The notes under the pieces are model-generated. The model searched no databases and was not told the origin of the DNA. It saw only the letters and a program-made list of their open reading frames with translations. Below, in pieces: positions 61,359 through 64,000 of a DNA stretch of 64,000 nucleotides. The translations under genes and the position numbers were made by a program. The DNA comes from Candidatus Dadabacteria bacterium. GTDB lineage: Bacteria > Desulfobacterota_D > UBA1144 > Nemesobacterales > CSP1-2. Position 1 is the stretch's first letter; each line of letters begins with the position of its first letter. The stretch is taken from the NCBI GenBank assembly GCA_963805855.1, contig CAWDVW010000007.1, positions 416,001-480,000 on the forward strand, written 5' to 3'.

Positions 61359-62108
61359 ATGCACTCAGATTATCTGTTTGAAAAAATTAAAATCCTTTTT
61401 AACAGGTCCGGATTCAATATCGTAAGTAAAGTTAAAACAAAGGACTATCAAAAGAATTTAAAACACAGGGACGGACTGGATGAAATCTTGGAAAATGGTA
61501 AATCCATCATCCTCGCAGGATTTGCCGGCAATGGGTTCTGGAATATCTTGCGTGCATTCTTAAGAAATAATCCTGATTTCAAAGAAACTCGAAATGATTG
61601 GATAGATGATTACACGCAATTGATATTCAAATCGGCAGCAGAGATTTTAGACCACGGCAGTGTCTCATACAAAATGGTTTTCCCGTTTGGCATAACCGCG
61701 CTCGATCTGGACTTTATGGAATTGGGAAGAATGTCCGGAGTAGGAGTTGACAGCCTCCTGGGAATACTTTTACATCCTGAGTATGGTCCCTGGATTTCTC
61801 TAAGAGGTTCCATAATTACCGATTTGGTATTTTCCGCTTATGATAGCCAACTTGAAAATTTCGCACCCTGCCCTCCTTGCCCCAAGCCATGCATTACAGC
61901 ATGCCCCGCGAAAACCATTTCAAATAGGGGTTGGAACTGGGATGCATGCATGGATTACCGCTTGAGTAGCGAAACTTGTGAAACCAATTGTGCATCAAGG
62001 CGCGCCTGTCCGTATGGGAAGGAGTATCAGTATACTGGAGAACAACTTGCCCATCATCACAAATTTGTACTGAAGAGTGTAAAACAGTATAGAGCGAAGA
62101 ATAGATAA
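61359..62108 (+). CDS. QueG/MMACHC-like (putative cobalamin-binding) protein with a C-terminal Fe-S motif
   Basis: LG.LLHPEYGPWISLRG; CPPCPKPCITACP; C..C...C..RRACP. Confidence 0.7.
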   Translation: MHSDYLFEKIKILFNRSGFNIVSKVKTKDYQKNLKHRDGLDEILENGKSIILAGFAGNGFWNILRAFLRNNPDFKETRNDWIDDYTQLIFKSAAEILDHGSVSYKMVFPFGITALDLDFMELGRMSGVGVDSLLGILLHPEYGPWISLRGSIITDLVFSAYDSQLENFAPCPPCPKPCITACPAKTISNRGWNWDACMDYRLSSETCETNCASRRACPYGKEYQYTGEQLAHHHKFVLKSVKQYRAKNR

Positions 62109-62189
62109 TTTGGTAAACTCTCGATTGCCACCTGATCGAACATGAAGGTACAGGATTAATCGGGAGTTCGGAATTTTCGCCGGGAGGTT

Positions 62190-62240
62190 AGCCCACCAGT
62201 CCCTGTCCTGAGCTTAGTCGAAGGGTTGCGGGTGGGAAAC
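62190..62240. repeat. CCCACC..GGTGGG hairpin with an inserted GTCCTGAGC-N4-TCGAAGGG module
   Basis: 62205-62225 is a near reverse complement of 27011-27031. Confidence 0.65.
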
Positions 62241-62408
62241 GCGCTACACCATAATCTCGTATCGAATTTATATGAGATTTTGATTTTTGTCATCCTGAAT
62301 CCTCTCCTGGATCTCTGCCTTCAGCGCCGAACCTTGAACCGAGTCGAAACATCGAAGGAACCAAGTATTTTTTGAGGATCTCAAAGGCGTATGTATCAAT
62401 AGTTAAAT

Positions 62409-62438
62409 AAAAAGCCCAGCAAACTCGCTGGGCTTTTT
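62409..62438. terminator. Bidirectional rho-independent terminator
   Basis: AAAAAGCCCAGC-AAACTC-GCTGGGCTTTTTT between convergent genes. Confidence 0.85.
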
Positions 62439-62465
62439 TATTGTTCGCTTTAGTTAAATATGAAT

Positions 62466-62678
62466 TTACTTAGCGGGAACAACGTTTTCGGCCTTCGGGC
62501 CTTTTTCGCCTTCAGTAACCGTGAACTCTACAGTCTGTCCTTCATCAAGTGAACGATAGCCGTCGCCAGCTATGTCAGTGTGATGAACAAACACGTCTTT
62601 GTCATTTTGGCGCTCAATAAAACCAAAACCCTTGGTTGCATTGAACCACTTGACAGTGCCAATCTCACGTTCTGCCAT
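62466..62678 (-). CDS. cspA: Cold-shock protein
   Basis: GTVKWFN..KGFGFI, DVFVH and KGPKA motifs; SD AGGAGG. Confidence 0.95.
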   Translation of the reverse strand: MAEREIGTVKWFNATKGFGFIERQNDKDVFVHHTDIAGDGYRSLDEGQTVEFTVTEGEKGPKAENVVPAK

Positions 62679-62786
62679 GTTGAGGTACCTCCTATGTATA
62701 AAATTGGATCACGCGAGTGGTTCAGAAACAAATTTAGATATGCATCTTAATTTAGAACAGAACTACTGCGGTAAACTCCTTACATA

Positions 62787-62814
62787 AATATACTCTGATT
62801 TAAAGCTATGTCAA
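62787..62814 (-). promoter_or_regulatory. Putative cspA promoter, implying a ~100-nt 5'UTR
   Basis: TTGACA-N16-TATATT. Confidence 0.6.
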
Positions 62815-63055
62815 TCTCATCTAGACGATTCATGCGTCCTCCATAATTATCATTTATTGAAATGTCTAGAAACTGTACCAAGTAATAGAAATCGAAGCGC
62901 TTTAATTGGCAGTCCAGTGACTCGCTTTAAGAACATGAAAAAAACTTTTACCGTCTTCAGCAGGTGACGTGTTATGCCTGTTTCTTTGTTCGCTTTCCTA
63001 AAGTTAAACTCTTGGTACAATTTCTTAACATCTTTAGACTCCCAGGTGTATATAT

Positions 63056-63430
63056 ATGATTGTAAGAAAGTTTATGACTTCCGATCCTTTGACAATGTCT
63101 CCTGACGAAAACGTCAACGATGCTTTTCACCTATTGTTGGAACATCGCGTCCGCCAGGCTCCGGTCATCGAGGACGGAAAGCTAATTGGCATAGTTACCG
63201 ACAGAGACCTGCGTACTGCCCTCTTTCAGACGTATGTAGAATCAGATCTAACCGTGGGCGATGTCATGCGGGCGGGTCCCGTTACTATATCCGAAGATGC
63301 AGACATCAAAGAGGCAGCACGAATAATATGTGAACATAAATTCAATGCTCTACCCGTAGTTTCCACCACCGGGGATCTGGTGGGAATCATAACAACCACG
63401 GATATTCTGAGGGGTGTGCTAAAACTTTAA
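63056..63430 (+). CDS. CBS-domain protein (tandem CBS pair)
   Basis: PV..GKLIGIVTDRDL and LPVV..G.LVGIITTTDIL motifs. Confidence 0.92.
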   Translation: MIVRKFMTSDPLTMSPDENVNDAFHLLLEHRVRQAPVIEDGKLIGIVTDRDLRTALFQTYVESDLTVGDVMRAGPVTISEDADIKEAARIICEHKFNALPVVSTTGDLVGIITTTDILRGVLKL

Positions 63431-63526
63431 GAATCATCCGTGTACAGGTTATTTCTAAAGTTCGTGAATATCTCAGATATTAACTCGCTAATTCCGTTTG
63501 AGTTGCTAGAAGGAATTATCAATAAC

Positions 63527-63740
63527 GATAGGCGGGGTTTTCCAACCCCGCATAGAGAAAACATATGGAATGGAAACCTAAAGGTTTCCGCTACATTTAA
63601 TTATAACGCCATCTTGTGTAGCGGAGGACTTTAGTCCTCCATAAAATTAATCATATCAAAACCTCTATCGGGCAAAGAATTTCTCGATTACCGATGATAA
63701 ATGCCGCCATCAATAAGGATAGTCGGGGTTTTCCAACCCC
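63527..63740 (+). repeat. REP-like cluster: two GATAG-N-CGGGGTTTTCCAACCCC units and one GTAG hairpin
   Basis: Units at 63527-63551 and 63718-63740; GTAGCGGAGGACTTTAGTCCTCC at 63618-63640. Confidence 0.75.
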
Positions 63741-63820
63741 TCATGGATACTCGTTGTAATCTTTATTCCGCTCGCCGCATATTTATACCAGGATTATAAA
63801 TCGTGTTCTTGGTACAAGGT

Positions 63821-64000
63821 TCAGAAATTACCCGCATTTGTTGCGATGGATTCTGCCCAGCCCTTGTAAACCCTTGCCCTAACCCTATCTCCTACCATAA
63901 TTCCGTGAACGATCTGGTTCGTAGCAGAGAAGTTAAAGTTCTCGCCATCTTGCATCTTCACGCTTATAAGGCTGTTTGCTTTGCCCGTTTGAATTGCCGT
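63821..64000 (-). CDS. C-terminal end of a hypothetical protein (truncated by the window edge)
   Basis: Open frame ...LISVKMQDGENFNFSATNQIVHGIMVGDRVRARVYKGWAESIATNAGNF*. Confidence 0.6.
   Translation of the reverse strand, partial: TAIQTGKANSLISVKMQDGENFNFSATNQIVHGIMVGDRVRARVYKGWAESIATNAGNF

Noticed and set aside
63440..63634. 64-aa ORF
   Set aside because: It runs through REP-like hairpins and is probably spurious.

Overview
A 64-kb bacterial chromosome segment made up mostly of core genes. The gene order ftsH-folP-cdaA-cdaR-glmM-pdxJ, metK-ahcY and xerD-S2P-scpAB resembles Deltaproteobacteria/Desulfobacterota; Candidatus Dadabacteria is a tentative guess that cannot be verified from this window. 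It encodes a pyruvate dehydrogenase cluster (aceE-aceF-lpdA, with a divergent lpdA-lipB), ileS, lutABC, fetAB, PBP1A, cysK, fur (with a perfect Fur box), folC, rpe, cspA and several SDR/HAD enzymes. Accessory patches hold a lipoprotein next to an M64 peptidase, a tandem alpha/beta-hydrolase pair in which one copy lacks the catalytic Ser, a frameshifted immunity-like gene, and a PIN toxin with an unusual partner. I recognised no rRNA, tRNA, CRISPR array, transposase or prophage. The strongest unexplained signals are: (i) a dispersed ~200-300 bp pseudoknot-plus-long-hairpin element in two covarying copies, set among nested REP-like palindromes; (ii) three genes that appear to start at ATT/ATA, plus many promoters with 16-bp spacers and several leaderless genes; (iii) the active/pseudoenzyme hydrolase pair; (iv) a chromosomal DnaD-like plus Cys-rich DnaC/DnaI-like gene pair. 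All calls come from manual motif recognition; no database searches were run.
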